From NCBI GenBank assembly GCA_020536535.1, contig JAHLWZ010000803.1, positions 72,527 to 136,526 of the forward strand: a stretch of DNA of 64,000 bases, in the 5' to 3' direction. The position numbers were made by a program, and so were the translations under genes. The notes under the pieces were generated by a model that was given only the letters and a program-made list of their open reading frames with translations, searched no databases and was not told the DNA's origin. Positions 62,326 to 64,000 of this stretch are shown here, in pieces. Numbering within the stretch: position 1 is the stretch's first letter; every line of letters begins with the position of its first letter. This DNA comes from Pelomyxa schiedti (lineage: Eukaryota; Protista; Evosea).

Positions 62326-64000
62326 TGAAGCGGCCCGATTTTTGCCGGGATTTGTTGATGTTTTGTGCGGCGGGGCGGTTGGCGCGGCGCCGCGGCGGGG
62401 CAGCGCGGCGTGTGTGTTCGTTGAATCGGGTCTCGCTGCGGCTGCGCGGCACTGATATAAATGGCATGTTTGGGGTTGTGGAGCCTGTGCAGTGACTTGC
62501 CTCTTTGTTTATCTCCACTATCATCAGAAAAATCACTGCTACGAAGGGAGACCATGCCGCCCTGGGGTGAAGAGGAACAAGCGGTACCCGCCTCGTGTTG
62601 TCTATTCCATCACGTCGTTCCATCTAATATCTAATTGTTTTATTTCTGGACGTGTTTGTTTCAATTAAATTAATTTAATTTAATTTAATTTAATTTAATT
62701 TTTAATTGTTTATTATTAATTTAATTAAAATTAATTTTTTACACCTTTACGACTTGTATTAGGCCTACAGCATTGCCTCACCCTTGTATGTATTTCTGAG
62801 CCTTCCACTGGTATGTGGCTTCTTGTTTCTTTGTTTTCTTTTTCCCAGTAGATAACTATCATTCCAGCGGGCAAGGTAAATTCCATCTGTTCTTTCAGCA
62901 CTGGAATGCTTTTTTTTTTTTTTACACTTAGGTGGTCAACCTTCCTGCCGCTGCTGACATGACAACCACTGACGTACATCCTTCTACTTTTTTGTCATTG
63001 CTAAACAGTTGTAGGTACCGGACCAACCCCAACTTCCCTTACCCACTCTCCCCCACTTTTCCGCTTTCCAACTACCACACTTTACTGTGACGGGTGCACA
63101 ACCAGGCCCAAATTTCCCTTCTTACTCTTTCACTCTCATGTGTACCCACAACGCCCACTTCTCAAAATGTGGATTTAAAAAAAGGTGGCACGATTTTTTA
63201 TCCAAGGACTTAAGCACATAACTTTTTTTTTTTGCCTGAAGTCGATTTTCGACTTCAGGCTTGTACATAGTGTGAGGTGAGGATGGTGAGAGTGAGTGTG
63301 AGGAATTCGGCCTGGTGCCCAGTCTGGTACCTAGTACTTTGAGTTGGATGACGAGGGGGGAGGGATGTACGTTGGCGGTTGCCATCTGGGCAGCTGGCGC
63401 AGCTGTAAAAAAAAAAAGCTACATACCACCGTGCCAGAAGAAGCCACATACTGGCGGAAAGCGGAGACTTCTAATACAGGTTGAAAGCGGCGTAAAAACT
63501 GGTGTAATGTGGAGACTTCTAATACAGGTCGAATGGAAAAAAGAACTGGAGGCGTAATTAATAATATATAACCATTAAATTTAATTTATTATTATATAAT
63601 AAATTAAATTTTTAATAATAATGGTTAATACATTGTAATTATTGAAAATAAATCAAATTTAATTTGTATTTTAATAATAAAATCAAAAACACCACTCCGA
63701 TAAATAAAATAATAAACAAGCAAACAGAACAGTTGTGGCGAAGAAGACAACAAAAAGCAAATGGGAGAGTACCGCTTGCTCCTCCTCACCACTGGCGGCA
63801 TGCCTCCCCGATTTCTTTTGTGATAATGAAAAGACACAATCCACTGAACAATCGCCAAAACCCATTTATGTCAAGGCCTCGCAGCCGCAGCGAGACCCGA
63901 TTCAACGAACACACACGCCGCGCTGCCCCGCCGCGGCGCCGCGCCAACCGCCCCGCCGCACAAAACATCAACAAATCCCGGCAAAAATCGGGCCGCTTCA
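62326..64000. mobile_element. Foldback/MULE-like non-autonomous element with long inverted arms (extends beyond the window)
   Basis: 62326-62446 is a perfect reverse complement of 63880-64000 (121 bp), and patchy inverted homology continues inward. No transposase is seen; true termini and TSD are not visible. Confidence 0.75.

Overview
Gene-dense eukaryotic (protist) genomic DNA with many short spliceosomal introns (mostly ~30-130 nt), so the ORF track shows exon fragments and many spurious ORFs. The repeated 'AR.QF.AL...PRCGARSP' protein family suggests, from recall only, a Pelomyxa-like archamoeba. Recognisable genes: Stealth phosphotransferase, DUF218/YdcF, RED/IK splicing factor, IPC/sphingomyelin synthase, G-patch protein, Cys/Met PLP lyase, an ERK7-type MAPK pseudokinase, Rap1, VPS13, a calcineurin-B/NCS EF-hand protein, GH78 rhamnosidase, UTP13 and an OGFr-domain protein. 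Uncharacterised genes include two paralogous polytopic membrane proteins and four members of the PRCG family. Mobile DNA comprises a nested, CpG-depleted hAT/MITE cluster (~21.7-23.5 kb) and a foldback-like element running off the right edge. Most interesting: (1) a tandem PRCG array with near-identical 5' and 3' cassettes around divergent middles, an F-box-like N-terminal motif and only 10-35 bp spacers directly after a pseudokinase; (2) an almost fully palindromic element whose arm identity decays inward; (3) TE-centred CpG loss; (4) introns with U-tracts near the donor and A-tracts before the acceptor. Exon boundaries were inferred by eye, so some gene ends are approximate.
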